Origin: Sedimentisphaerales bacterium
Lineage (GTDB): Bacteria > Planctomycetota > Phycisphaerae > Sedimentisphaerales > Anaerobacaceae
DNA: 64,000 nucleotides
Direction: 5' to 3'
NCBI GenBank assembly: GCA_963708075.1
Contig: OY970194.1
Span: 4,640,001-4,704,000 of the forward strand
Positions 31,182-41,518 of the stretch are shown in pieces (position 1 is the first letter of the stretch; each line of letters starts with the position of its first letter). The notes beneath the pieces are model-generated. The model did no database searches. It worked only from the letters and a program-made list of their open reading frames with translations, and was not told the origin of the DNA. Made by a program: the position numbers and the translations under genes.

Positions 31182-31641
31182 AATCTCCGTCAGGCCTGGC
31201 GAGATGAAGGATGCCGACGTGCTGGCCCAGGCCAACATCGCGATGGCTTGGGAAACGGAACAAAAGCGGCTGGAGCCGGCCACCATTGCCCAGGGCGTGC
31301 GGACCGTCCTCAGCAATCCGCTGCACGGCTTCTACGTCATCGCGGAGCAGGACGGGCAGACCGCGGGCTCTCTGCTGGTCACTTTCGAATGGAGCGACTG
31401 GCGGTCCGCCCTGATCTGGTGGGTTCAAAGCGTGTACGTCCAGCCTGCGTTTCGCCGGTGCGGCGTGTTCAAAAAACTCTACGAGTTCGTGGAAACACGG
31501 GCCGCCCAGAAGCCCGACGTCTGCGGAATCCGTCTCTACGTCGAGCAATCCAACCATATCGCCAAACAAGCCTACGCCGATGCCGGCATGCGCGAGACAA
31601 CCTACAGAATCTACGAGAAACTCTTCTGCGAAGGTATGTGA
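31171..31641 (+). CDS. GNAT acetyltransferase
   Basis: TFEWSDWR, SVYVQPAFRRCGVF, IRLYVE..N. Confidence 0.85.
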   Translation: MGNEISVRPGEMKDADVLAQANIAMAWETEQKRLEPATIAQGVRTVLSNPLHGFYVIAEQDGQTAGSLLVTFEWSDWRSALIWWVQSVYVQPAFRRCGVFKKLYEFVETRAAQKPDVCGIRLYVEQSNHIAKQAYADAGMRETTYRIYEKLFCEGM

Positions 31642-31650
31642 AAGACAGCC

Positions 31651-31729
31651 GGGTGCCATGTCTACGCTTGCGTAGACATGTTCCATTCGACGGGCAAGGC
31701 ATACTTACGCAAGCATAAGCATGGCGCCC
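31651..31729. repeat. REPIN family B
   Basis: Homologous to 5550-5628 with a compensatory change (TCTACG/CGTAGA vs TCCACG/CGTGGA). Confidence 0.8.
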
Positions 31730-31751
31730 ACGCTTGCTCATGGTATGCAAG

Positions 31752-32036
31752 CACCGGGTGGCGTATCGGCGCACGAATCACAAGAATCTGCACGTGCGAG
31801 GATATAAGGAGGAAGGGACGACGACGACACCCTTTGACATGGTCGTGCGCAACGAGCTGGACCGATACCATCTCGTGCGGGACGTGGTCGATCGCGTCCC
31901 GAAGCTCGGGTACATGGCCGCCTGCGTCCGCCAGGCCATGCGCCACAAGCTCATCGACCACAAGCGCTACATCACCGAGCACGGCGAGGACATGCCGGAA
32001 ATCCGCAACTGGACGTGGACGCATCCCGCGTCATAG
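31752..32036 (+). pseudogene. C-terminal fragment of phosphoketolase (Xfp)
   Basis: [26 protein letters not shown]...[13 protein letters not shown]; rest of the gene absent. Confidence 0.85.
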
Positions 32037-32110
32037 CTCGGCAATATGACTGCGAGCTGGTGCGAACCTGAGAGTCTCTAACGCAACGAAGGCGTGGAGG
32101 CCCTCAATAT

Positions 32111-32181
32111 GTCATTCCCGCGCAGGCGGGAATCCAGCCACGCACCGAGCTGTTCTGGACCCCCGTCTGCGCGGGGGTGAC
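32111..32181. repeat. ATTCCC-N8-GGGAAT type REP doublet
   Basis: GTCATTCCCGCGCAGGCGGGAATCCAG ... CTGGACCCCCGTCTGCGCGGGGGTGAC; further copy at 39674-39700. Confidence 0.8.
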
Positions 32182-32285
32182 ATGGTAAGGTCCGTTGCGT
32201 CAGTAGTCCCGGGAAGGCGGGAAGGGAAGGAGGCGGCGAGACTGCCTTCCTTCTTGCCCCCCTGCCTTTCCGCACTCTGATTGTC

Positions 32286-32957
32286 CTATTTGAGCCTTCT
32301 GGACCGAAGCCGGCAGGCCAGTCCCGTCCCAAGACCCAGAAGCAGGATCGTCATGGGCTCCGGAATAGCGGTGATCTGGCCGCTCAATGTCCCTGTCGCC
32401 CGGCCTGATCGGGTCAGGATGAGGTCATGCAGGTTCACACTGCCCGTGGCGTCGCCGGAGAAGCTCATGTCCAGCATCAGCCCGCGATTCTCATCTGCGA
32501 CCAGTTGGGGGATGACCTGCCCATAATTCGGGTTGTGGAACGTGATATTCAGATCATCCTGCACGTTCGAGTAGGCGACGTAGTTTGCGCCGATGGAAAG
32601 CATGCCGCCACTGCCTACGCTGGCCATCATCACCGCCGAGTTGCTTGGGTTGGAGTTGATCTCCAGTGACCCTCGGGGCGTCAGCGTGGCCGTCAGGTGG
32701 GTGCCAAAGTCCTGAACGTTACTGAGGTCCATCGTGGGAAGCGTGACGAAGTCGTCATCCAGCGTTGCGTCCGCGGGATTGGAGCTGTCCACGACTGTCG
32801 CGCCACGAACGAAGGACAACCTCCAGTTCGTCCCGGTCCAGCGAAGCTCCCAGGCGGCAGTCGACCCGAGCTTCGTGGAGAAATCCAACGAAGTGAGCGC
32901 CGGCAGCGGCGCCGTCAACAGCAACACCGCCCCCATGATAAACAACAAGCGTTTCAT
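32286..32957 (-). CDS. PEP-CTERM protein
   Basis: Signal peptide; IPEPMTILLLGLG..RLRSRR. Confidence 0.88.
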   Translation of the reverse strand: MKRLLFIMGAVLLLTAPLPALTSLDFSTKLGSTAAWELRWTGTNWRLSFVRGATVVDSSNPADATLDDDFVTLPTMDLSNVQDFGTHLTATLTPRGSLEINSNPSNSAVMMASVGSGGMLSIGANYVAYSNVQDDLNITFHNPNYGQVIPQLVADENRGLMLDMSFSGDATGSVNLHDLILTRSGRATGTLSGQITAIPEPMTILLLGLGTGLACRLRSRRLK

Positions 32958-33433
32958 ACCTTTCTCCTTTCCTGTCAGTCGTTTGCAGGCCGACTGAGCT
33001 CCTATTCCTTGAACCTGTTTGCTTCGTGAAAATCCCCCGATGGACTTACGGGAGCACCTGCGCGTGCCAATGGGTCCATGTGTGTCCGGGGGCAATAGTC
33101 CTGGTGCCCCGCAGGCGAATGGACATGGAAAAATCGACGTATGTCCCCGAGTGGCGGTGATTTGACGTGGCACATAAAGTCACGAGGCCGTCTGCGCCGC
33201 CCGGCGTGCGCCCGGCGGCAGCCCCTATATTCCCCCCTGAGACTCACAATCATCTCCCCATCAGCCAACGATCGCAAAAGCGCCCCATGACGGGCTGCGA
33301 TACCCCCCAAAATGTCACTGCAACTATAGAACCGTCCTTGTGTTACTCCGTTTCCTGCCAAGACAGGTACAGGCAAAGTCCTGTTCCGGCAGTCCAGGAA
33401 GCGTATGAAGCCTCCCGACGGAGTTCAAGCATC

Positions 33434-34150
33434 TCAGGCAAACGTCCGTTGCCGCAGCCAGCCGGTGAGCAGTGTCCCGATGGCTGTCAGCAGCAGAGCG
33501 CCGGGCGCGGGGATGGGGACGGCGCCTGGGATTCCAGAAAGCCCGCCGCAGGTATTGCCTGTGGCCGTCCTGCCCAGGTCCGATCCCGTCAGCAGAGCGA
33601 ACAGGTCGGTGCTGCCGCTGCTATTGCCGGAGAAATTGATGTCAATGAATCCTCCTGCGGCCTCATCAGCAGCCAGCAAGGGAATCACCGTTCCATAACC
33701 ATCCGCGAAACTGAGGATGTCCAGATCGTCCACCACTGCGGAATATGCCATGAAATTCGCCCCGCCGGTAAGAAACGTGCTGGGCGCCATGGAGGCTGTA
33801 AGCACGGTGTCGCCGGCCGAGACGCCGTCGCCGGCGGCATCCGCCTGGATGGTGAAGTCCCCCACCGGGGTTAGCGTCGCCATCAACACCCCGGGCGCAA
33901 TGACGCTGATGTCACTGAATACCATCGTCGGCAGGTTCACGAAATCACTCAGAAGGGTCGCATCAGCCGGATTGCTGCTATCCACAACGGTGGCGTCGTT
34001 CACGAAGGACATTTGCCAACTGCCCCCGACATTCTGGAGCTGCCACGAGAACGCCGCTCCTTGCCGTGTCGAGAAATCGGCGCTGTTGACCGCCAGCGCC
34101 GGTACAGCCGACAGAAGGGTCACCCAGAAAACGATTGAAATCCGTTTCAT
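33434..34150 (-). CDS. PEP-CTERM-like protein (IPAPGA variant), paralog of the previous gene
   Basis: Shared DFST, ATVVDSSNPADATL..DFV.LPTM; IPAPGALLL..WLRQR. Confidence 0.85.
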   Translation of the reverse strand: MKRISIVFWVTLLSAVPALAVNSADFSTRQGAAFSWQLQNVGGSWQMSFVNDATVVDSSNPADATLLSDFVNLPTMVFSDISVIAPGVLMATLTPVGDFTIQADAAGDGVSAGDTVLTASMAPSTFLTGGANFMAYSAVVDDLDILSFADGYGTVIPLLAADEAAGGFIDINFSGNSSGSTDLFALLTGSDLGRTATGNTCGGLSGIPGAVPIPAPGALLLTAIGTLLTGWLRQRTFA

Positions 34151-34624
34151 ATCTTTTCTCCTTACACTGTTGCTGCGTTCACCCTATCCCCGGGTCAAGA
34201 CGGTGCCTTTCCAGAGAGCCGATGCTCTTGCTTCGGCGGTGCTCGTGTCTGCTGCATGACCCACGCACAGATACGCGCAACCGCCCTAAGCCTGTCTGCA
34301 CACGAGGGTACGCCTTTTCCATGGTTGCCGTGCATGGCTATTCCTTGTTCTAAGTGCGCTATTCGACTACTCCTTTGTTACCTTTTTCCATGGAAAAGGA
34401 GTATGGGCAAAACCCCTCATTTCGCGGTGTACGAAACTCAGGACTCATGAACCGACAGGCAGTGCACTCCGCAATATGCTCACGCCAAGTAAGGCTTGAG
34501 ATGGATGCAATGGAGCAAAATGCCTATATGCCGTTGACTCGCCTGCACGTACAAGCCCGTAAGAAGGTGCTTCGGCGTGCAAGAGCCGCGAACCCGACCC
34601 CTCAACTATCAGAAAGGAAACAAG

Positions 34625-34810
34625 ATGAACCTGCTGTACTGGGCTCTGATATTTCTCGTCATCGCCGTGATTGCAGGCGTGCTCGGCTTCATAGGGCTTG
34701 CGGCGGCGGCGGCGAGCATCGCGAGACTTCTGTTCTACATCTTCCTCATCATCTTTCTCATCTTCCTGATCCTGGCCCTGCTCGGCCGAAGACCGCCCAG
34801 AGTCCCGTAA
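34625..34810 (+). CDS. DUF1328 family small membrane protein
   Basis: [28 protein letters not shown]. Confidence 0.85.
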   Translation: MNLLYWALIFLVIAVIAGVLGFIGLAAAAASIARLLFYIFLIIFLIFLILALLGRRPPRVP

Positions 34811-34918
34811 CATCGGTCGCCCCCGAGGTTACGAACAAAACGTTGCAATCGGCGCGTGAAACCCTATCTTAGGGGCTTGGATGCCCGTTCAATGCGGGGT
34901 TTTGCGCAGGAAGAGTGC

Positions 34919-36040
34919 ATGACGAAACGCCTGTTGCCGATTTGCGTTTGCCTTGGCGGCCTGGTTCTGCAGGCCGGCTGCACCGGCACAGCGACTGCGC
35001 CGCCGCAACCCGAGGCGCAGGTCGTCCAGTCCGTTCAACGGCCGCAAGAACCCAATACCGCAGCCGAGCCCAAAGAGGCATCGCCAGAGCCGGAGAGCCG
35101 TGTCGCGGAGCCAAACGAACCTGCGACCAAAATCAAGAAACAAGAGACTACCGAGCCCAATGAAGCAAAGCCTGCTGAACCCAGTATTGTGGCCGTTGAC
35201 AAATCTGACGCCGCAAAACCCGACGCGAATGACAATCCGCAATCCGCAATCCGCAGTCCGCAATCGGCGCCCTCCGTCATCAGTACATACGCGGACCTGC
35301 TCCAAAACAATGTGCGGGAGGACGGCTCGGCGGACTACAGCAGCTTGCGCCGCCGGCGGCTCGAACTGAAGCAGATGCTCATGGAATTGAGCGAGCTGGA
35401 TCCCAATGGCTACGAGAAATGGTCGAATGACGAGAAGCTGGCGTTTTGGATCAACACCTATAACTTGAAGCTGCTCGATATCATCGTGCGGAACTATCCG
35501 ATCCAGTCCTCCTGGTGGCTGCGGCTGACGTGGCCGCCGAGCGACATCCGTCATATCCCCGGGATCTGGACCGATTACAAATTCATCGTGATGGGCGAGG
35601 AGTTCACGCTGGCCGAGGTGGAGCGCCGGTTCTTCCACAGGACGTTCAGCGACCCGCGGGTCTACCTGGCCATCAACTACGCCTGCCGGTCCGGCCCGCC
35701 CGTGCGCCGCAAGCCCTATGAGGGCGAGCACCTCGCTCAACAACTCGACGAGCAGGTCAAGGCGTTCCTCGCCGGTCCCCAAGACTTCCGAATCGACCGC
35801 CAGGCGATGGTCGTGTACCTGTCCGCCATCTTCAAGCCAACGTGGCGGGGCAAGGAATTCGTCGCCCGCTACGGCACGGACAAAAAGTTCAAGGACCGCG
35901 ACCCGGAAACCCGGGCCGTCCTGAATTTCATCAGCGGATACTTATCCCGCGAGGATGCCTACTTCCTTGAGACAGAAAACTACACGATCGAGTACATCAA
36001 CTTCGATTGGCGCCTCAACGACACCTCTCGAGGCTATTGA
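34919..36040 (+). CDS. DUF547 domain lipoprotein
   Basis: Lipobox-like LQAGC; KLAFWINTYN; DPRVYLAINYACRSGPP; FDWRLN. Confidence 0.85.
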   Translation: MTKRLLPICVCLGGLVLQAGCTGTATAPPQPEAQVVQSVQRPQEPNTAAEPKEASPEPESRVAEPNEPATKIKKQETTEPNEAKPAEPSIVAVDKSDAAKPDANDNPQSAIRSPQSAPSVISTYADLLQNNVREDGSADYSSLRRRRLELKQMLMELSELDPNGYEKWSNDEKLAFWINTYNLKLLDIIVRNYPIQSSWWLRLTWPPSDIRHIPGIWTDYKFIVMGEEFTLAEVERRFFHRTFSDPRVYLAINYACRSGPPVRRKPYEGEHLAQQLDEQVKAFLAGPQDFRIDRQAMVVYLSAIFKPTWRGKEFVARYGTDKKFKDRDPETRAVLNFISGYLSREDAYFLETENYTIEYINFDWRLNDTSRGY

Positions 36041-36101
36041 CCCCGCCTGCCCTGCCACCGGCGAGAGCTGGAAGTGCACAGGCCCAAGCCCCAATTTCCT
36101 C

Positions 36102-37061
36102 TCAGCGTGATTCTTGATGAAAGAAAGTTTCTACCTGCTCCGGGCCCTTGAGATACCCGAGTGCGAATAGGAACTCATCCATCTTCTTAACCGTGTCCAT
36201 GAAGTACTTGTTCTCGCCTCGCCCATAGTTGAAAAAGCCATGTGACTGGCCCGAGTATCCGACGAGTTCACAGCGGTTTCCCTTCTCCTTCATCTTCTCG
36301 GCAAACAACTCGGATGTGAAGTAGGGCACGGTCGTGTCGTCGCGCCCGTGAAAGATGATCGTCGGCGGCTGGCCCTCACGTACGTGATGATATGGGGAGA
36401 GCATCTCCGGCGTAACACCCATCCGCTCCCCGAGCGAGCCGAGCTTGTCCCATGCCCTGTCCCCGCGGCCTTCGATAGGCGCCAGAACCAGTGCAGGGTT
36501 GAACAGAACCAGGGCATTCGGCACCGCAGATACCGATGTATCCTCGCCTTCCTCGTCGAATTCGCGGATCGTCCCCAGAGCGCCGGCCAGATGCCCACCG
36601 GCGGACCCGCCGCCGGCCGCCACACGATTGGGATCGATCCCCAGCCGCTCGGCGTTCTTTCGCGCCCAGCGAATCGCCGATTTCGCATCGCGAAAGCACG
36701 AGACCGCCTGCACCCCGTGACGGCTCTCCACGCGGTATTCGGCGGTCATCGCCACCATGCCCCGCGAGGCCAGATACCTGCACTGCTGCTGAAACTGTGC
36801 GGGCGAGCCATTTCGCCAACCGCCTCCAAAGAAGAAGACGATGGCCGGGCGTCTGTCCCCCCGCTGATGATTCGCCGGCTCAAAGATATGGATCGGCAGT
36901 TCGACATCTCCGATCTTCTTGTAGATCTCGGCCCGGGAGCCCGGAAGCGACCTGGGCGCAGGCGCGGCAGCTTGCCGATTCGCCGCCGCCACCGCAAAAC
37001 CACTGAGCACAATCCCCGCCCCAGCCACAAGAGCCCCGTACCGAATGACACGATTTCGCAT
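36102..37061 (-). CDS. Secreted alpha/beta hydrolase (esterase)
   Basis: FFGGGW, GGSAGGHLA, HGRDDTTVP, HGFFN. Confidence 0.88.
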   Translation of the reverse strand: MRNRVIRYGALVAGAGIVLSGFAVAAANRQAAAPAPRSLPGSRAEIYKKIGDVELPIHIFEPANHQRGDRRPAIVFFFGGGWRNGSPAQFQQQCRYLASRGMVAMTAEYRVESRHGVQAVSCFRDAKSAIRWARKNAERLGIDPNRVAAGGGSAGGHLAGALGTIREFDEEGEDTSVSAVPNALVLFNPALVLAPIEGRGDRAWDKLGSLGERMGVTPEMLSPYHHVREGQPPTIIFHGRDDTTVPYFTSELFAEKMKEKGNRCELVGYSGQSHGFFNYGRGENKYFMDTVKKMDEFLFALGYLKGPEQVETFFHQESR

Positions 37062-37219
37062 GCAACGTTCCTCCAATCTGCCTTGGCTGCCCTGTCGTGC
37101 ATCCCCGCACGACCCTCGCCAAGCTATTCATCGCGAACCCGTCGACCGGCATTTCCATGCTAAACTCTAACCCAAGGGCCGGCCCATCCCCTCTCCCCTA
37201 CCCCGTTGACCTACCCCGA

Positions 37220-38260
37220 CTATTGTGCGGTCGCGGGTCGCACATAGAATCGCCACAAGGGTAGATGTTCTCCACGATATTCTTTTGGGATGTTTAGCCC
37301 CAGTGAATCTGGCTGCAGATCAACACCTATTTTGCTGGTGGCATCAAAGATAGCTGTGAACTCTCGGTATCTCATCGATATCATGCTGCTAAGGGGCCCC
37401 AGCATCTCGAAGTCTTGACCTTTGGTTCTCTGGGCCGGTTCGACAATGTAGTCAATAGAAGATAATTGGCCGTTCTGCATATTGGCCACTGGTGCGGCAG
37501 ACTGCCAGTTGCCGTAGAGCATAAGATAGAACGCATAGTCCTTTTCAGTCGCGTCAGTCAAAACATCGTTGCCACACAGCAGTTCGATTCCACCTATTGT
37601 GAACTGCAACTGCCCATCCTGCGTTGGCGTGCAAGGTTTCTTTTTGTCAGGCATTACTCGAAGAACGAGAGGGGGTCTTGTACCTATCGAGAAGTCGCCA
37701 AGTCTGATCATCTCGTTTCTTGGGATCATGTCGACCATGGAGATTGAATACTTGCCCTGTGAGAGCTTCAATCGGAGCGGAGAGACAAGTGTCCAGAGAT
37801 TCCACCGCGACCAATAGATTGCGATCTTCAATTCTGCTCCTGCCAAATCTGCATAGCGCAACAGCTTGTCCAGGTAGTGTTTTCTGAGAGTGAAGACGCA
37901 TGGTGGGTCCCTCTTGTTGCAGTTCTTGACTTCAACGAGTAAGCGAGACTTATCCTTCAGGACAACCATGTAGTCCGGTGGCTGTACGTCTTCTGTATCT
38001 GCTAGAGGGACACCAGTATCCTCGGCTTTGATCAGGAGGCACTCTCCCAGAGAGGCCGCGACATACTGGAACATGTCCTCTGTTCGCAGACCGTGCACAA
38101 GAGCTGGGTTGTCCTTGTGGCGGATAATGGAGGCAGAGATAATGTCGAGGAATTTCTGTTCACTCTGTTCATCCCCAAGAACAAGGTTTTCCTCCCTACC
38201 GATGGCTGCAAACAGCTTCATTACCTCAAATGCTCTTGGGTCTCGTCGAATTCTTCTCAT
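37220..38260 (-). CDS. PD-(D/E)XK nuclease-family protein
   Basis: PPDY...LLVEVKN; lower GC than flanks. Confidence 0.7.
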   Translation of the reverse strand: MRRIRRDPRAFEVMKLFAAIGREENLVLGDEQSEQKFLDIISASIIRHKDNPALVHGLRTEDMFQYVAASLGECLLIKAEDTGVPLADTEDVQPPDYMVVLKDKSRLLVEVKNCNKRDPPCVFTLRKHYLDKLLRYADLAGAELKIAIYWSRWNLWTLVSPLRLKLSQGKYSISMVDMIPRNEMIRLGDFSIGTRPPLVLRVMPDKKKPCTPTQDGQLQFTIGGIELLCGNDVLTDATEKDYAFYLMLYGNWQSAAPVANMQNGQLSSIDYIVEPAQRTKGQDFEMLGPLSSMISMRYREFTAIFDATSKIGVDLQPDSLGLNIPKEYRGEHLPLWRFYVRPATAQ

Positions 38261-38289
38261 GTCAAACGCCTATGGGTGACCACACGCAC

Positions 38290-39234
38290 CTATCTCACGA
38301 GTGCATACCGAATAAGTGGCAAGAGTATCCCGCAGATGAGGACGCTCCCAATTAGGAACCGGCGTAACCACGCGATCTCTTCACTGCGTTTTACACCCTC
38401 GCCAATTTCAAATATGACTCTTGGAAAGAGAGGCGACGTCCACATCGCAATTATGATAAGAGAATACCCGAATACCCAGCCACCAATAACTCGAAGGCTA
38501 GTACCGACAATTGGATGGTGGTGATGTTTTAGCATCTCATTGAGCCTATCGACCGCTGCGACCGTATTCGCATCGACATGAGCGCCGTTTGCCACCGCGG
38601 TATCATACACGCTAACTGCAGATTCAGCGGCAGCGTGCCATTCTTGATATCGTCCTTGGTCATAGATCGCCCCAAGTACTATAAGCAGCGCGCCGACTAG
38701 GAGAATCATGTGAGCTACAATGGATGGGACTCTGCGAATAATCGATCCGGACCGATCAGTCAGTCTCCTGAGACGGGAATACCAACACCTTATGTTTGCA
38801 CATTCCGCGGTGATTGATGCGGAAATCTCCTCGAACCCGCTTTCTGAGTTACCGGCGATCAAAAACACTATGGAATGAAAGGAGTAGATTCCGACATCAT
38901 CAAGCCACATAGAGGTCAAGCCTTCCGAGCTCCTCACTTGGATGCTGATGCCTGTGATCCTGCCCACCCGAGGGTTCCTCAATTCGAGGACCTCGCGGAC
39001 GGAAGCATATTGCTGTGCACCTTTACCAGAAAAGACCACTATTACTCTCTCACTATGTGTTGTGCCCGTGCCGAAACGCGTAACCGCGTTGAGCATTAAG
39101 GCCTCAAGGGCCAACAGCGATTCTCCCGTGACAACAAAAGCCCCGTACACCTCCTCTTTGCGAACACATCGCCAATCCGAGTCATCTGAGAAACCCAGCA
39201 GGAATTTGTCGAGTTTGTCTATTGTTTCTGTCAT
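38290..39234 (-). CDS. Hypothetical membrane protein (about 3 C-terminal TM helices)
   Basis: Long low-GC ORF, hydrophobic segments, FPRVIFEIGEG; start uncertain. Confidence 0.6.
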   Translation of the reverse strand: MTETIDKLDKFLLGFSDDSDWRCVRKEEVYGAFVVTGESLLALEALMLNAVTRFGTGTTHSERVIVVFSGKGAQQYASVREVLELRNPRVGRITGISIQVRSSEGLTSMWLDDVGIYSFHSIVFLIAGNSESGFEEISASITAECANIRCWYSRLRRLTDRSGSIIRRVPSIVAHMILLVGALLIVLGAIYDQGRYQEWHAAAESAVSVYDTAVANGAHVDANTVAAVDRLNEMLKHHHHPIVGTSLRVIGGWVFGYSLIIIAMWTSPLFPRVIFEIGEGVKRSEEIAWLRRFLIGSVLICGILLPLIRYALVR

Positions 39235-39429
39235 ATGTGCAGCATGTAGCTGGGGAGCCACATCCACACCTTCCGCATCTTCTCCCAGTAGGCCCACTCT
39301 CCGGACCGAAGACCCTTTAGCATTCGACAGCACCACTTGGTTCCGGAGTAACAACCCCAATTGTAGAGTCACGCCGACAAAGATACAAAGAGAAACCAGG
39401 AAACGGCGAATCACACCAGACACTCAGCG

Positions 39430-39769
39430 CGGCCCATTCGACTTTGCTCTGGGCAGGCTCATCGGCCACGATCAGGATCACTTCACGCGGAGACGCGGAG
39501 GCGCAGAGAAGAAGCAGGCAAGGACACATTTCACACTCTGCGTCCCCGTTCGACTTCGCTCGGGGCGGGCTCTGCATCCGGGCGTGAGAAAACAAGATTT
39601 GAGAGTCCGCATGGGCTAAGAGCCCATCTTGCGAATCCTCGGTGTCCTCGGTGCTCTCTGTGGCTGAAAGAGCCTGGATTCCCGCCTCCGCGGGAATGAC
39701 ATTGTCGAAATCCGTGTCCATCCGTGTGAATCCGTGTCTCAGAAGATCGGTGTGCGGTGCACACCCTAC
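39430..39769. repeat. Cluster of mixed short repeats and REPs
   Basis: Two TTCGACTT.GCTC.GGGC.GGC units, ACGCGGAG repeats, CCTCGGTG repeats, ATTCCC/GGGAAT REP, ATCCGTGT x3, GTAG REP. Confidence 0.75.
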
Positions 39770-40011
39770 GTGTCACAGGATAAGCACAACTGATAATTCC
39801 CACAGGTTTTCAGATAGTCTCTTAGCCCTTGCGGGGCAAGAGGTTATAGACAACCGATGGCCCTGGAAGGTTCCTTACTTGACAAACTCGTGCCGTGAGT
39901 TATACCGTGGCTAACGTCGCGGCAAGGCGGCGTACGGCGGCCTGGGTGCGGCCGGCCGCCGGTGACAAGTGAACGAGTGCGGATGGGGCAGTGGGCAGTC
40001 CGTGCCGGGGT

Positions 40012-40750
40012 TCTGTGGAACAAAGCCAATGGGCGGCCAGGGGCCCGTGGAGTGCGGAATGCGGAGTGCGGAGTAGAGGCCGAATGTGTGGTACAAAGCC
40101 AATTTGAGGAGTCCCAGGACGGCCATCGGCAAGCGGCGCTTGCCGCTGCCACCCAGCCCGGAGTGGTGAGCGGTTCTGCAAAACAAAGCCAATCGGTGGG
40201 CCAAGGGGCCGTGGGACTGCGGATTGAAGAGCAGGGCAGCGTGTTCCGAAATCCTGTGGAACAAAGCCAGTCGAAGGAGGTTCAAGTGGGAAGTCTGAAG
40301 TGTCAAGTAGCACCCCCGCCCCCGGGGGTGACCCCAGCCGAGGGCGGCTGGGCCACAGGGGAGCCGCCCTGCCGTGCGAAACAAAGCCAATTTGCGGATC
40401 GGGGCCTGTGGGTCGGGGGGCGGGGTGGCGGGTCATGGAACCATTGCCTCGGCCCTGTGCCAAATGCCTGACGGCGTCACTATGAAAGGGATGGATTCTC
40501 CAAAACAAAGCCAGTCTGAGGGGTCACAAGACGACCATCGGCAAGCGGCGCTTGCCGCTGCCACCCGGACTGGGGTCGGGCGGTTCTGCGAAACAAAGCC
40601 AATCGGCGGGCCAGGGGTCCGTGGAGTGCGGAGTAGGGGCTGAATGTGCGAAACAAAGCCAACTTCCGGAAGGGCTTTCATGCGAAACAAAGCCAGTTTG
40701 TGGGACCGGGGCCTGTGGGTCGAGGGACGGGGTGGCGGGTCAGGAGGGCG
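40012..40750. repeat. Array of nine ACAAAGCCA core repeats with variable spacers
   Basis: Cores at 40020, 40093, 40183, 40261, 40381, 40505, 40593, 40653, 40687. Confidence 0.85.
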
Positions 40751-40872
40751 TGGCCTCGCCCCCTGCCAAGGCGGGACTTTTCGCTTGACCTGCCCCTTGC
40801 CTACGGTACAGTGTGACCATCTGAAATTGATGAGCACGTGGATGGTATCAATTCATTTGAAAGGAACCTGCA

Positions 40873-41313
40873 GTGAGACTCGAAAAGCGTGATGTCTTGT
40901 CATACCTCGTGGTCCTGGGCCTGTCGATCAGCCTCGGGTGCAGTAAGAAGAGTGGCGAACCGACGACTCCAAGCACGCAGGAAACACAGACACAGGCACC
41001 GGCAGCGAGTGTGGATACGGAGAAGCCCGTCGCTGAAATCCAGGCACAAACGGAGACCATGAGTGTCGATGCCCTGAAGGCCACGGCGATCAAGTACAAA
41101 GACGCCATCACCGCCAAGCAGGCAGAGATCGAGAAAGTGGTTGCCAAGATCAAGGAGATCCCGATTACCCAGGCCCTCGGACAGGAGGCCAAGACGGTCA
41201 AGACCGACCTCCAGAATCTTGAAACCTCTTTGAAGGCCCTGAAGGATCGCTTTCAGGTGTACTACGAGGCTCTGAAGAAGAAGGGCGGCGACTTGTCGGG
41301 CCTCACCTCTTAG
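40873..41313 (+). CDS. Coiled-coil lipoprotein
   Basis: Lipobox-like ISLGC, GAAAGGA RBS. Confidence 0.75.
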   Translation: MRLEKRDVLSYLVVLGLSISLGCSKKSGEPTTPSTQETQTQAPAASVDTEKPVAEIQAQTETMSVDALKATAIKYKDAITAKQAEIEKVVAKIKEIPITQALGQEAKTVKTDLQNLETSLKALKDRFQVYYEALKKKGGDLSGLTS

Positions 41314-41518
41314 GAATGGTCGGGGCTTGTCACGACCGACAGAACGCCGGCGAATCCACGAGAGTCAGAAGCTTCAGGTATTTCTTCCGGGTCTTCCTCC
41401 GGGCCTCAACGTGGACTGGAATTTGAGACTCGTAGCGGTCGATGTCATCCAGCGGGCATCGCCAAGCGTGGCTCCTCGCCGGATACTGTTTCCTGACACC
41501 TTTAATTCGGATCGCGGA

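Noticed and set aside
37150..39430. Integron cassette array
   Set aside because: No convincing attC sites (RYYYAAC...GTTRRRY) between the genes and no integrase
40012..40750. CRISPR array
   Set aside because: Core only ~9-16 nt, spacing irregular (34-124 nt), spacers mutually homologous, no cas genes in the window
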